Source: the human T2T-CHM13v2.0 reference genome, Homo sapiens
Strand: one strand, 5' to 3'
Length of the DNA: 64,000 nucleotides
Assembly: GCF_009914755.1 (NCBI RefSeq)
Contig: NC_060932.1
Positions 37,408 through 54,954 of the stretch are shown piece after piece (the stretch's first letter is position 1; each line of letters begins with the position of its first letter). A model generated the notes under the pieces. The model did no database searches and was not told the origin of the DNA. It saw only the letters and a program-made list of their open reading frames with translations. Position numbers and translations under genes: made by a program.

Positions 37408-37754
37408 CAGGACTAACTTTTAAAAGCAAACTGACTAATTTGGGAAGATATATATTTTAAGGCTGTTGACACATATCATATAACATCTTTAAATAATTTT
37501 TACTCCCAGCGGCAGTGTATGACAGTGCCTTTTTTTACTCTATATATAGTATATGTAGAACTATATACTAATATAAACACTGTATTAAATACTAACTACT
37601 GATAGATGTTTAAAAAATATCAAATGTTGGTGAAAGTATAGGGAAAAGACACTGTCATACACTGCCACGGGGAGTAATAAATACATACACCCCATTTTGT
37701 GGGAGTAATATATATAGACAAACACCCCATTTTGTCTATGCATGTATGTGCTTT

Positions 37755-38355
<601 letters not shown>

Positions 38356-38696
38356 ATGTGCTTTATTTTAAAAGTAAAATTGATACTCAAAATTATATCT
38401 TGTTTTCATTTAACTCTTTAGTAATATTAGGTGAAATTTTTTAAACTGTCATTTAGAATTTTGTGACTTGCCTAGTCATTATAGTGTACCTAGTTTTCGT
38501 TTGAAGGGTTTTTTTTTTAGTTAATAATAATTTATGAAATAATCAGTATTACTCCTTGTCATATATTAGAAATGTATTTTCCCCAGCTTAAGAAAATAAT
38601 ATTTTAATAAAGAAAAATAGACTACTTGTATAATTTTAAATTTAAAGTCTCTATGTGAACCTTATGTGAAAACTAACTTTCTCTATTCCTCCTTAG

Positions 38697-38848
38697 GTTT
38701 TCTTTCTACCATTAAGTAATACCATCCTCAGCTGTTTTAAAGATAATTCCATTTTTGCCTGGGAATGTGACACACTTTTTTGCAAATATCAATTGCCAGC
38801 TCCACCTGAAAGCTCTAGTATATTATACAAAGTGTTTGCTGTAACCAG
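38697..38848 (+). CDS. TBC1D31: TBC1D31 exon 5 (VFFLPLSNTILSCFKDNSIFAWEC...FAVTR)
   Basis: Acceptor attcctccttag| with ctaac branch point, donor AG|gtaatg; 152 nt. Confidence 0.95.
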
Positions 38849-38989
38849 GTAATGTGCATTTTAAGACACTAGGAATATTTAAGAAATTTAATTTCTGGTA
38901 AAAAATTACAAATTTTCATTTAGTTTTTATTCAGTATCTTTTTGTCGTATTAGAAAAAGTTACCTTCAAATTTAGATATGATCTGCTAA

Positions 38990-40985
<1,996 letters not shown>

Positions 40986-41029
40986 GGAAAGAGTTACAAA
41001 ATAGATGTTAATTCCTCTCTTTTCTCACG

Positions 41030-41870
41030 CTGTTCTTCTAAGTCATCAGTAAATACCATCAACTCAACCAAACCATATAGCAAATTGGTCAATTTGTTTT
41101 TATTCATTGCTGTGGTTATTACCCTAATCCAAGCTACCCTAGCCTCTTTTAGACTACTATAATAGCCTTCTTATTTGTTCTCCCTGTTTTCAATCTCATT
41201 TCCTATAGTCATTCTCTACACAGCAGATAAAGTGGTTTTTATAAATCAGTAAGTCAGATCATGTCACTTTCCTATTTAACCTCCTTCATCACTTAGAGTA
41301 AAATTCAACCCCCCACCCCTCATTTCCCCTGAGGCCTTCTGTCACCTGGCCTACGCCTCCCTCGCTTCATCTCATTTCCTTCCTTAGTCTGCTCTAGCCA
41401 CATCCGAGTATAGCAGTGTACTTTCATATGGCAATGCACTTGAGTATGACCTCTTACTTACTTTTCCTTATATACTAACCTTATTGCTTTTTCAGCACTT
41501 TTGTACCAGCCAGTCTGGAATACTGATCAGGATAGAATTCTTCCTCCAAGTCATCCCATGACTGGCCTATTTGTGTCATTCAGGTAGCAGATCTTCCTCC
41601 TTTCCCAGCTTTCATCACCTTATTTTATAGTTCTATATAGAACTTATCACCTGCTGAGATCAAGTTCATTTATTTGTTTGTTTGCCTTCCTCTAGACCAG
41701 AAGTCCTGTAAGAGCAGGATTACTTGGCTTGTGCAGCCTTAACTGACTGTGTCCATGGCTTCTGGGACCATACCTGGCTTATAGCAGACACTTGAAACAT
41801 AACCATAGTATTACCACACTTTTTAAAAATTAGTAAGTCCTTTACAAGTTCTTGTTGAATGAGTGAGCAA
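41030..41870 (+). mobile_element. L2 LINE 3' fragment
   Basis: tcagatcatgtcact...gagtaaaattc...cctggcttatag...tgttgaatgagtga. Confidence 0.65.
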
Positions 41871-42383
41871 CGGCCTTGCAAGTCAAAACAACTTACTCTT
41901 TTTGTATCTTATTAAGGTAGCTTTCTTTGAGCAGGAAAAAAGTTTGGGCTGTTTTGTTTTTTTCATATAGCCATGTACCACCAATTCTATATAGCTGTAC
42001 GTGAAATATAGAAAGTTGGATAGTGATAAGTGACTTTGAGATTATGCTATAAAATATAAGTGTTATGTGAAAAACCCACAATCAGGTCATTAAACAAGTG
42101 TTTGGTAAACTGGTGCCTTAGCACAGTAGGTAAAAAAAATATATACTATAAACCTGAGCTGTCCATGCAAGTATTTGAATTAATACAAATTAAATAAAAT
42201 GTAAAAATAAGGTCCTTATTAACATTAGCCACATTTCAAGTGCTCAATAATCACATGGGACTAGTGTGACCATATTGCATAGCATAGACACAGTACATTT
42301 CTGTCATCATAGAAAGTTCTGTCGGACAGTGCTGCTACAAACAATTGAACCCGTTTTTCTTTCTCACTTTTTTGTTTATATAG

Positions 42384-42543
42384 AGATGGCCGAATCCTGG
42401 CTGCTGGAGGCAAGTCAAATCATCTTCATTTGTGGTGCTTGGAAGCTAGGCAGCTCTTTAGAATTATCCAGATGCCCACTAAAGTTCGAGCCATTCGCCA
42501 TCTGGAATTTCTTCCTGATAGTTTTGATGCTGGTTCTAATCAG
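42384..42543 (+). CDS. TBC1D31: TBC1D31 exon 6 (DGRILAAGGKSNHLHLWCL...DAGSNQ)
   Basis: Acceptor tttgtttatatag|, donor CAG|gttagt; 160 nt. Confidence 0.95.
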
Positions 42544-43239
42544 GTTAGTAACATAAATGTAGGGCACTGTACTTTTTGAGAAAGAACGCATCCGTCTCTG
42601 AACTATATTAGCTCTTATTTATTTAACTTACACCCTGGCTGTTACAATAATTTGAAATTACAAATATGTTATTTTTGTGAAGAGTCTAGGATTGAAAAAA
42701 ATTTCAAAATCTTGTATTCTTTATACCATTGACAATTTGCTCTTTTTATAAAATCAACATACTGTAAATTTATATTGTACTTTATGGTTTGCAGTGTGCT
42801 TTAGCATGCAATTTTTCATTTGATCCTTAATTCTTTGGCATAGGCAGGAAAGATATTCTCCCCATTTTACAGATTATAACACTAACGACCAGAAACATTG
42901 ACTCGTCAACATTCCTGTTAATTGTAAGGATTAAAGATTGGACTAGAACTAAAATGTTTTTATTGTGTTGTTATTTTATTTATCTTAACTGGTTGCTCAC
43001 TCCTGTGAAACATGTTTTTATTGGTATCTTTCCTTAGTTTACAGAGTGCTTCTTCCTTCATCCCCCTTCGCTTATTCCTTTTTAAGACTTGAGTTCTGTC
43101 AAACCTTAACTTTCTTGTTTCAAATAGACTGTCGTGGATCTTGTATTTTAACACATTAGATATATGTTTTACATATATATGTATACATATGCATGTATGT
43201 ATATATCATGTCCATTTTACTTACTTTTTGATTAGGTAA

Positions 43240-43688
<449 letters not shown>

Positions 43689-44035
43689 CTACCTTTTATT
43701 CTTAAGTTGGAAATTGTTCTATATCAGTGCAGAACTTCTTTCTTTTTCACAACTGCATAGTGTTGCAGTTTATTTTTTAAACCAGTCTCCTATTGGCAGT
43801 TAACCTATTTTTAGTCATTTTCTGTTACAAATAATGCTCACTGAATGACTTTTCACAAGTGTCATTTCACACATCCTCTTTGTAGGATAAAATCCCAGAG
43901 TTGAAATAGTGGCATAAAGGTTATGTGCATCTGTAATTTGGGTAGATCTTGCCCAGTTGACTTCCAGAGGAGTTGCATCAACTGCAGATGAGGGGCTTTG
44001 TTTCCTACAAGCCAACCAACAGGAGAACTTTATAG

Positions 44036-44521
<486 letters not shown>

Positions 44522-44828
44522 TTTATTACATGTTCTTAATTTTTGAAATTATGAGTTAAAATTTAAACTTTTCTCTCCCCTTAAAAGCCTAGCTTCCCTC
44601 CTACCCCTCCACTACCCTTGCAACTCACAAACTCTCCATTCTCCAAATGTTACTTAAAATATTTGCTGAAAACAGGCAGACAGTGGGGAGCCTCAGTGGG
44701 AGTGACAGGTTTGTGTGGGGGTAGCAGGGCTGTTAGCTTTGATTAGCTATGGAAAGGGTACAGGAAGGCAAACCCTCCACCCTCCTTGTTTCTGATAGCC
44801 AGTGTGGAGGCAAAAGTTGGGAACTGTC

Positions 44829-45211
44829 TGTCTTAGTCTGTTTTGTGCTGCTGTATTGGAATACCACAGACTGGGTAATTTATAAACAATGTAAGTTTAT
44901 TTTTCACAGTTCTGGAGGCTGGGAAGTCCAAGATCTAGAGGTTGGCATCTTTTGAAGGCCTTTGTTCTCTGTCATAATATAGTAGAAGGCCTCATATGGG
45001 TGAGAAAGGGAGGGAGGAATGGGAGGGGACAAGAGGGAGCCGAACTCATCCTTTTATACCAAACCCACTCCCACAATAACAGCATTAATCTTTTCATGAG
45101 GGCAGAGCCGTCATGCCCTAATCACCTCTCATTAGGCCCTATCTGCCAACACTGTTGCATTGAGCAAGTTTCCAATATTTGCTGTTGGAGAGACGCATTC
45201 AAATTATATCA
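44829..45211 (-). mobile_element. MST-type (MaLR) solo LTR
   Basis: tgtcttagtctgttttgtgctgct...gactgggtaatttataaac; TSD ctgtc/ttgtc. Confidence 0.8.
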
Positions 45212-45391
45212 TTGTCTAATCCTCTCTGTCCCCTGTATATGTCATCAGTGGGCATGATCTGCCTGTGGGAAGGGAAGATTCTTAGGGCACCTTTCCATAG
45301 TCTACCATGATAGGTTCCCTCCTGGTTCTGATTAGAGCCAGGGCATAATCAACATGAGCCATAAGTTGTGATTTTAAAATAGGTAATATCA

Positions 45392-45758
<367 letters not shown>

Positions 45759-45908
45759 TCAAAATATATATATTTATACACACATACACACATATACACA
45801 CACACATACATACACAAACGTTGCATACACGTAAAGACGTGTATATAGTAGGACTTTCAGACATTGACTATCACATGTTTTTAGGAATTTATATTTTTTC
45901 TCTCTTAG

Positions 45909-46109
45909 GTTCTTGGAGTACTAAGTCAAGATGGTATTATGAGATTTATCAATATGCAGACTTGTAAACTTCTCTTTGAGATTGGGAGCCTCGATGAAGG
46001 AATTAGCTCATCAGCAATTAGCCCACATGGACGGTACATTGCATCTATTATGGAAAATGGAAGTCTAAACATATATTCAGTTCAGGCTTTAACACAAGAA
46101 ATAAATAAG
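45909..46109 (+). CDS. TBC1D31: TBC1D31 exon 7 (VLGVLSQDGIMRFIN...SPHGRYIAS...QEINK)
   Basis: Acceptor ttctctcttag|, donor AAG|gtatgt; 201 nt. Confidence 0.95.
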
Positions 46110-46491
46110 GTATGTATGATGAAGTAATCAACATCAGCTTTTTATAAACACTTATATATTATATCATCAAGAATAAAATCTTTATGCTACTATTTCTAAC
46201 TTACCTGGAACTTATCCATTTTTCTGGATATATTTTGTTGCTCTTACTCCCAAAGCCACATCTCTGGCCTTGATTTCTCACGTATGCTCCATTCTTAAAT
46301 TGCTGCCTTCCTGAGGGACATCTCCGTTTGATGTCTCTCATTTAGGTGTTACTCATTATCTCGTTCCCAAAAGAGTTCTTTCTGCAATTCTCTCTCATGT
46401 TTTCTTCCCATCTCATAGGCTAGAAACCTTGAAGTTCTATGACTTCCTATGCCTTTATTTTCTAAATCCAGTCAATACTAAGTCATATAAC

Positions 46492-46814
<323 letters not shown>

Positions 46815-47676
46815 CAACTTCTTAAATTTGAAATATCTATAAATGTGCTGTCTGTTCTCCACTTCCATAATTGCTATCCTTGTATTGGTCTTCATTAACT
46901 ACTCTGGACTAATGGTAATTTAAAGAAATATCTTAAACTCAGAGCCCTCAGTGCTTGCCCTGCCCATCCTTCCATCTTCTAAAATAATTCATCATCATTT
47001 CTTAACTAATGCTACTTTAGTGGCTTCCTTCCTTCGCCTGTTGAATTAAGTCCAGACTCTTCTGCCTGGCTCTCAGTGTTCTCTCTAATCTTGTCTACCT
47101 GTCTAACTTATTTCCTCGAACTTATAGCTTCCCTCATTATCCCCATAGACACCATCCTTATTTCTGCATCTATTATCCACACCATCCATTTCACGAAAAT
47201 GCATGCCTCACTTCTCTTCTCTGGTTATCTAAAATTCCCCCAGCTAACCAGTCATATTGTCCGTGTGTCTTCCAGTCTGAAATTGCACCTTGGTAGCTCT
47301 AACAGAGACTTTGATGATCACCTGGTCTAACCCTTTCATTTTACACAGGAAGAAGTTCGTGCTCAAAATTAATCACACAGCGAGTAACTAGCAGTTCTGG
47401 GTGTTCCAATTCTTCCAAGATCACATGAGATTGGGTGCATTTGGAGTGGCATTTGCCGTGGCATTTGCCACCTTTTTTTTATTCTAAAAAAAAGTTTGTG
47501 CCTCCTCCTTTTTGTTTTATCTTTTAAAAAATTATACAAGTAGTGTCTTATTGCAGAAAAAAATAAGAATGTACAGAATAGCAAACAGACAAATACAAAT
47601 CACTGAAAGTCTCACCATTCTCAGAAGATTCTGATTTATATGTTCCCAATTTCTTTTCTATGTGTGTAAATATATA

Positions 47677-48298
47677 TAGTCACTCCTCATTATTTGTGCA
47701 TTCTATACATGAGAATTCACCTGCTCACTAAAATTTATTTGTAACTTCAAAATTAATAGTTGCAGTGCTTTCATGGTCATTCAGGGACATGCACAGAGCA
47801 GTGAAAATTTGAGTCACCAGATACCCTTTTTCCCAGCTGAAGTCAAATGAGGCAACACTCTGTCTTCTTATTTCAGCTCTCATAGTGTAAACAAGTATCC
47901 TTTTTGTGATCTACTTAATACCATTTATTTTTTTGCATTTTGAAGCTTTTTGTTAAGATTCTACTGCTTAAAGTGGTCCCCAAGCGTAGCGCTGAAGCGC
48001 TATTTATTGTTTCTAAATACAGGAAGGCTGTGGCTTACCTTACAGAGAAAATACATGTGTTAAATAAACTCATTCAGGAATGAGTTATAGTGCTAAGCTG
48101 TGAGTTCAATGATAAGGAATCAGCAATGTGTATTAAATAAGATGTCTTTAAACAGAAACACACATATATGTATTGATTGATTAATGAGGCTCTCAGGAAC
48201 CTGACTCTGTGTTTCCCCTAGGAGCAGTGTTTCAGTATTCACTAATCGAGTGTTCATGGTGACTTTATAGAACCACTGCAAATAGTGAGAATTAACTA
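47677..48298 (+). mobile_element. MER82-like Tigger DNA transposon
   Basis: gaattcacctgctcactaaaatttatttgtaac...cccaagcgtagcgctgaag...; degenerate TIRs with TA flanks. Confidence 0.72.
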
Positions 48299-48529
48299 TA
48301 CATATATGTTTCTGTGTGTACGCACATGTGTGTGTATGCATACTTGTCTCTAAACATATGGGATTATACTCTGCTGCTGTTTTGCTCTTTATGTCATTAT
48401 GTATACTATATAAGTATATTTTTACATTATAATATGTGCTATATATTAATAAATTTTTTTAAATGTATTAACATCTGCTCTTACTGAGAGAGTTTTCAGC
48501 CTGCTGAATAGTCAGTTTTACAGTACTAG

Positions 48530-48837
<308 letters not shown>

Positions 48838-50403
48838 TTGCAAACCTTCTTAATAGAGGCAGGCAGAGAGCTGAGAAAAACTATGGTAAGAATGAGTCAT
48901 TGAGTTCCTTTCTGCTTGTTATCTGTTGAGCAAATTGATATCACATGAATAGAAAAGCTAGCTTGGAAGTAGAATGATCTTTTTTATTTTTTGACACATT
49001 CCCAGTACCATCAGTGTCTTTATGGCTGTTCCAGGCTACATTAATGTTCAATTCTATATTCTCTATAAATCATAACTCACCTTTGTCTCATTTTTACCAG
49101 TTTTATTTTCTTGTCATTGGAGAATTTCTGGTATTGTGGTAATAGAGTAAATGAATTCTTAAGTGTTGAAGGTTTAACACTACAAAGGTATGTCAAGTCA
49201 GGTTGTTTCTCAGGTTCTTTTTTGGGAGGTTATACTTCATGGTAGAGGATAAGGCTCAAACGGGAAATTGTGACATTTTAATAAATTTTAATTTTAATAA
49301 AATTTTAGTAAATTTCAGCTCTCATGGTGTAAACAAGTATCCTTTTTGTGGTCTACTTAATGCCATTTTTTTCTGTGTTTTGAAGCTTTTTGTTAAGATT
49401 TTACTTGTTAAAGTGTTCCCCAAGCGTAGCATTGAAGCGCTATTTATTGTTTGTAAACACAGGCTATGGCTTACCTTACAGAGAATATATGTGTTTTTAA
49501 TAAAAATTTAGAAGAATGGATTGAAGTCAAAAAATAGTTTAAGGATATTAAATATGGGTAATATTCATAAGTCAGACCACTATTAATCCCATCCCATAGA
49601 TGAATTGAAGAATTGAATCATAAACTGTAAATGGTCATTGTGTTTTAATTGTATTTAGAACTTAGAAAGCCTGAGTTACCTTATTTGCTCACTTCCTTCG
49701 AAGAAGGAAGATCTTTTGATTTCAAAGAGAATATTGTTTATGGAGAAAATGTTCTAGTGAGTAATGTTACTTTAAGTAAATTGAAGTTGTTCAGGTTTTT
49801 TTCCGTGTTTGATGGGCCCCATAAAAATGAAGGTATAGGTTCTAAGTCACATTGTCTGAACTGCTTAAGCTGTTGATACAATAAGGAACTAATAGTGATC
49901 ACTAAGCAGATTAAAACATTTAACCAAGGGATAGAGGGGCAGAGGTTCCATGCTTCTAGAAGAAAGTCATTTGGCAGTTTCCTCTTAGAAATTTCACTTG
50001 ACCCCAAAGAATATTAGGGTACTTCTGTCAGAATTCTAGAGGGCCATACCTCTAACTGTACCTTTTTTGCTGTAGATAATAATCACCATACTAACTTTAC
50101 CATGTATGTGTAAACATGATTTGGTATTAAATGATTTAAGGCCAGCTTTCAAGGAATAATTATATTTATTGCTATTGTTAATCATGTATCTTTATTATGT
50201 TCTTCAAAAGGATTCAGCAGAAATTTGCTTTGATTTATTAGTCAAAGCAAATGTTCCTAGACATTTTACTTAAGTTTTTTGCCTGAAGAATAATTCTACA
50301 TATTAAGGCATGTTATTAAAGCAAATTTTGAAAATCATACATTAACAGGCCTGTCTTCCAAGGATATCCATTAGAATATATATATATTTATTTTTCCATT
50401 TAG

Positions 50404-50580
50404 CCACCTCCGCCTTTAGTGAAAGTTATTGAAGATTTGCCCAAGAATAAACTGAGTTCCAGTGATCTTAAGATGAAAGTAACATCAGGGAGAGTACAGC
50501 AGCCAGCAAAATCTAGGGAAAGCAAAATGCAAACTAGAATATTAAAACAAGACCTGACTGGTGATTTTGAAAGTAAAAAG
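50404..50580 (+). CDS. TBC1D31: TBC1D31 exon 8, linker (PPPPLVKVIEDLPKN...GDFESKK)
   Basis: Acceptor ttttccatttag|, donor AAG|gtaaga; 177 nt. Confidence 0.95.
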
Positions 50581-50726
50581 GTAAGAATATTTGGTAATTA
50601 AACTTTGTCATGATTCTGCTGTAGACAAGTCTTGTGATTTCTAAGCCATCACCACTCTTCTCTCTCTTGGGAATTAAAGAAAGAGAATAAAATGAAGAGA
50701 ATAAAGTTGTAACCTAAATTATGCAC

Positions 50727-50815
50727 AGGCTGGTCTCAATCCTGGCCTCAAGTGATCCTCCCACCTTGGCCTCTCAAAGTGCTGTGATTACAGGCATGAG
50801 CTGCCACACCCAGCC
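50727..50815 (-). mobile_element. Alu 5' fragment
   Basis: caggctggtctc...aagtgatcctcccacc...gattacaggcatgag. Confidence 0.8.
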
Positions 50816-51232
50816 ATATGGCAGCTTTGAGAAAGAAAGAAAATATAGCTATTAATAGAGAAGTGACATTATTTTCAAGGGATTTGAAAACTTTTTAATG
50901 ACAAATATAATCACACACATATACAAAGTACACATTAATATAGAGCTCAGTGAACTTTCACAAAATGTACACACCATGTTACCAGCACCCAGATCAAAAA
51001 CTGGAACATTACCATCAGCTTATTGCTCCACGCTCTCTCTCCCTCACCCCCACCCACCCCAGAATAACTACTCGACTGATACACTGTAGATTAACTTAGT
51101 AAATACTGTCAGTTTTCCTAAGTGGTTGATTGAAAAGTAGTTGATTTACATCCCTACCAGCAGTATTTGAGAGTTCTAGTTGCTCCATATTCTCACTAAT
51201 AATACCTGATATTTTTCACATTGATTTTAATA

Positions 51233-51747
51233 CAGTGTCCTTCCTTATCCATGGTTTTACTTTCCATGGTTTTGTTTACATGTAATCAGCTGTGGTCCAA
51301 ATATATTCAAAGGAAGATTTCAGAAAAAACAATTCATAAGTTTTAAATTGCACACCGTTCTGAGTAGCATGACGAAATCTCCTGCCATCTTGCTCTGTTC
51401 CACCTGGCACATGACCATCATTCTGTCTAGCATAGTCACTCAGTAGCCTCTTGGTTATCAGATCTACTGTCACAGTATCACAGTGCTTGTGTTCCAGTAA
51501 CCTTTATTTTACTTAAAAAACTTCTGTAGAGCACAAAAGTACTGATACTGACATATTGTCAGAATTGTGCTATTTTATTATTAGTTATGATAATCTATTG
51601 TTGTGCCTAATTTATAAATTAAACTTTATTATAGGTATGTATATATAGGGAAAAACATAATATATTTAGGGTTCAGTGTTATCTGAGGTTTCAGGCATCC
51701 ACTAGGGATCTTGGAACATTTCCTCGTCAAATCAGTGGGGACTATTG
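51233..51747. mobile_element. MER44-like Tigger element
   Basis: cagtgtccttccttatcc...caattcataagttttaaattgc...ggggactattg with TA flanks. Confidence 0.75.
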
Positions 51748-51857
51748 TAACTTCTTTTTTCTTTAAGCATTTTTTAATTGTAAAATTTGCAACACAGAAG
51801 AGTGTCTAAAACAGATTACAGCTTAATGAAAAGTAATAAAAAGATTACACATGTATC

Positions 51858-52405
51858 CTGTGTCAGGTAGCTGCAAGACCATCCTTAGGTTTGATGATTT
51901 ATTAGGACTCAGCATGTAGCCATATTCATAGCTATAATATATTAAAGTGAAAGGATGCAAAGCAAAATCAGCAAAGGGAAAAGACACATGGGGTGAAGTC
52001 CAGAAGAAACCAGGCACAAGCTTCCGGGAATCTTCTCCCACTGGAGTCACAGGACATCCTTGATTCCTCCATCAATGAATATGTGTGGCAATATGTGTGA
52101 AATATTGTCTACCAGGGAAATTTATTAGAGACCTGGTGCCCAGGATTTTTACTAGAGGCTGGTTCTGTAGGTACCCTGTTTTAACAGGTTTCAAATTTCA
52201 GACTCCCAGAAGGAAGGCGGGCATTAAGCATAAACCACATTGTACAAACAGTTTAAGCACAATGAGCCACTCTTTATTGGTTCTAGGGGTGGTGAGAACT
52301 TTCCTGAAATTCAACTTCTAGACACCAGCCAAAGGCTGACCTTGCAAGTAAGCCTTCTGAGGGTAGCAGGCTCAGACCGGCTTGTGTTCACTTTTTTCTG
52401 CACAT
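51858..52405 (-). mobile_element. MER77/MER21-like LTR
   Basis: aaggatgcaaagcaaaatcagcaaaggga...aaaccaggcacaagcttcc motifs. Confidence 0.55.
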
Positions 52406-53805
52406 ACCCATTTCCACATGAAGAAATAGAGCATTACCGTAGCTTTGGAGCCCCGTGTGTGCTTATCCCCCATCACATTTTTCTCCCTACCCCATATATA
52501 TAACCATTGTCCTCACTTTTGTGTTAATTATGCCGTTGATTTTCTTTATAGTTTTATAACTTCTTCATGTAACTCTAAACAAAATATTACTTCTTTAAAG
52601 AAAAAACTGAATAGCAGACACAAGCCTAGCCTAGTTGTGTAAAGACTGGGCAATGTTGCTCCTATTTAATGAATGCTTTAATGCAAAGATAAGCTGAATG
52701 GTATCTCTGAGATGTTCTGGCTTCAGAGTTTGCAGGACCTTTTCTGGGAAAACTGGTGGGAATGGTCATGAGCAACTTTGGGAAGTAAAAGCCTCATCAT
52801 GTCAGGGTATCTGGCAGCATTGTAGTGTGGATCCAATGTGGATATCCTACAGAAATATGTCAAGGAATGGAGCTGCTTCCAAGGAAACCATAGCCAGTTC
52901 TAAAAAGTAGGTCAAAGTAGAACACTTCTATGGCATGAAGTGCAAGTCCTCAACTAATCTTTGCATTAGCACATGGAAAGAAAAGAAGGAACTTTATCAG
53001 CTCATGGCCAAGACAAGGACAGGTCAAATTGAGGCCAAACTCCCCAGGGCATCTTTTTCTTTGTTTAAAAAGAAGCTTCAATGGCAGCAGGTATCTTGAT
53101 GATGAAGTCAGTCTTCCTGGATCATGTTGCTCTCATTTGTTCTAGTTGCCCTCTATACCTTTAACATGGCACTCAAGTATCTTCATTCACCATCATCTTA
53201 GGTTTTCCCTTCACCCTTCTCTTACATTGGACTACCTGTTTCTTGTTGTAAAAAGAGCACTAAACGAAATCAGAAAGTCTGGCTTCGAGTCTTGAGCCAA
53301 GATTTAGCAGATTTGTGACCATAAGCAATTCACCAAACTTCTCTGATTTTCCCATTTTTTCAAATAAAGGAAGACATTTCATCTGTTTCATATAGTTGTT
53401 AGATCCAGTTGAGATAATATATGCAAACAGCTTTATAATCCTAAATTCTATAAAATATTTTTTATTAAGATAAAAATTGACTTTAAAGTCTTAGATATAA
53501 GGGACTATCAGCAGGAGCTGATGTCTGTTAGGATAAAATGATGAACTCCCACATGTTTTTCTGCCAGACTTGTCCTTGATGCTTTAATGCTAGGAATTGC
53601 CTAGAATTTTAAGGAAAGAGAGAGGTGGGGGAGGAGCTGTCAGAGTGGATTGCTCTTGATGCAGGAGTCCCAGATGACAGCCGATGGGCCTAATTCGGCT
53701 ATTCAAGCTAAGAATGGTTTGTGCATTTTTAAGTAGTTATATATAAATATATAATTTTGATTTTTCTTCTTGGCCCACAAAACCTAAAATATTTACTAAC
53801 TGGCC

Positions 53806-54184
53806 TGTATTAGTCTGTTTTCACACTGCCATAAAGAATACTACCTGAGACTGAGCAATTTTTAAAGAAAGGAGGATTAATTGACTCACAGTTCCACATG
53901 GCTGTGGAGGCCTCTGGAAACTTACAATCATGGCAGAAGGTGAAGGGGAAGCGGGCACCTTCTTCACAAGGCAGCAGAAGGAGAGAGAGGAATATGTGGA
54001 GGAGAGACTGTCAAACACTTAACAAAACCATCAGATCTCGTGAGAACTATCATGAGAACAGCATGGGGGAACTACCCCCGTGATCCAGTCACCTCCCACC
54101 AGGTCCATCCTTCAACACGTGGGGATTGTGGGGATTGTAATTCAAGATGAGATTTGGGTGGGGACACAGAGCCAAAGCATATCA
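53806..54184 (-). mobile_element. THE1D/MSTA solo LTR nested in a MER58-like element
   Basis: tgtattagtctg...catatca; exact 5-bp TSD TGGCC. Confidence 0.88.
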
Positions 54185-54432
54185 TGGCCCTTTACAGAAA
54201 AAGTTTGTCAAGCTTGTTTAGGGAAGGTACTATATCATGAACTTTATTGGCTATGTATATGCATGCTCAAGAGAGGGAGAGAGGGGAGTGGGGAAAAGAC
54301 CTATGATACACAAATATGTCTTACTATGTGTTGTTTTCTAAAGTTGGGAAGTCACTGTGGACTAGATTACCTTTGTCACCTTTTCAGTTTTAATGATTGT
54401 GTCATTTATTAATATTGTCTTTTTCTTTGTAG

Positions 54433-54512
54433 AATGAATTACCAGATGGATTAAACAAAAAGCGTTTACAAATCTTATTAAAAGGCTATGGTGAATATCC
54501 AACAAAATACAG
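54433..54512 (+). CDS. TBC1D31: TBC1D31 exon 9 (NELPDGLNKKRLQILLKGYGEYPTKYR)
   Basis: Acceptor ttttctttgtag|, donor AG|gtacaa; 80 nt. Confidence 0.94.
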
Positions 54513-54589
54513 GTACAATTTAAATTCTGTATGTTACATCAGTTTTACTCAAAAAAAATTGGGGGGATTAAAATATATTTTTATTTCAG

Positions 54590-54736
54590 AATGTTCATTT
54601 GGCGCTCTCTGCTACAACTGCCTGAAAATCATACTGCGTTTAGTACCCTCATAGATAAGGGGACTCATGTGGCGTTTCTCAACCTTCAGAAGAAATACCC
54701 CATCAAAAGTAGGAAGCTACTCAGAGTATTACAGAG
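54590..54736 (+). CDS. TBC1D31: TBC1D31 exon 10, start of TBC domain (MFIWRSLLQLPENH...LLRVLQR)
   Basis: Acceptor ttttatttcag|, donor AG|gtatgt; 147 nt; R-x3-W-x2-LL TBC motif A. Confidence 0.95.
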
Positions 54737-54954
54737 GTATGTTCTATATATTGCAGCAATGTGTATGAGACCTGTAACTAATAATTGCAATGTTATAAAA
54801 TCTCCTGTTTATAAAATATTGTTTTGTCAGTTTGATTATCCTTATGTGATATGTTGGTTTAATTTTAAAAATGTACATGCACATATATTACATGTGAATA
54901 TTAGTTTGTGTTGTGTTCTAGAAAATAGGACTCTTTCAGTTAATCTGAAAGAAC

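Noticed and set aside
42266-42556. 96-aa ORF overlapping exon 6 in another frame
   Set aside because: GTG start in intronic repeat sequence; the true exon frame is fixed by splice phase and WD40 sequence
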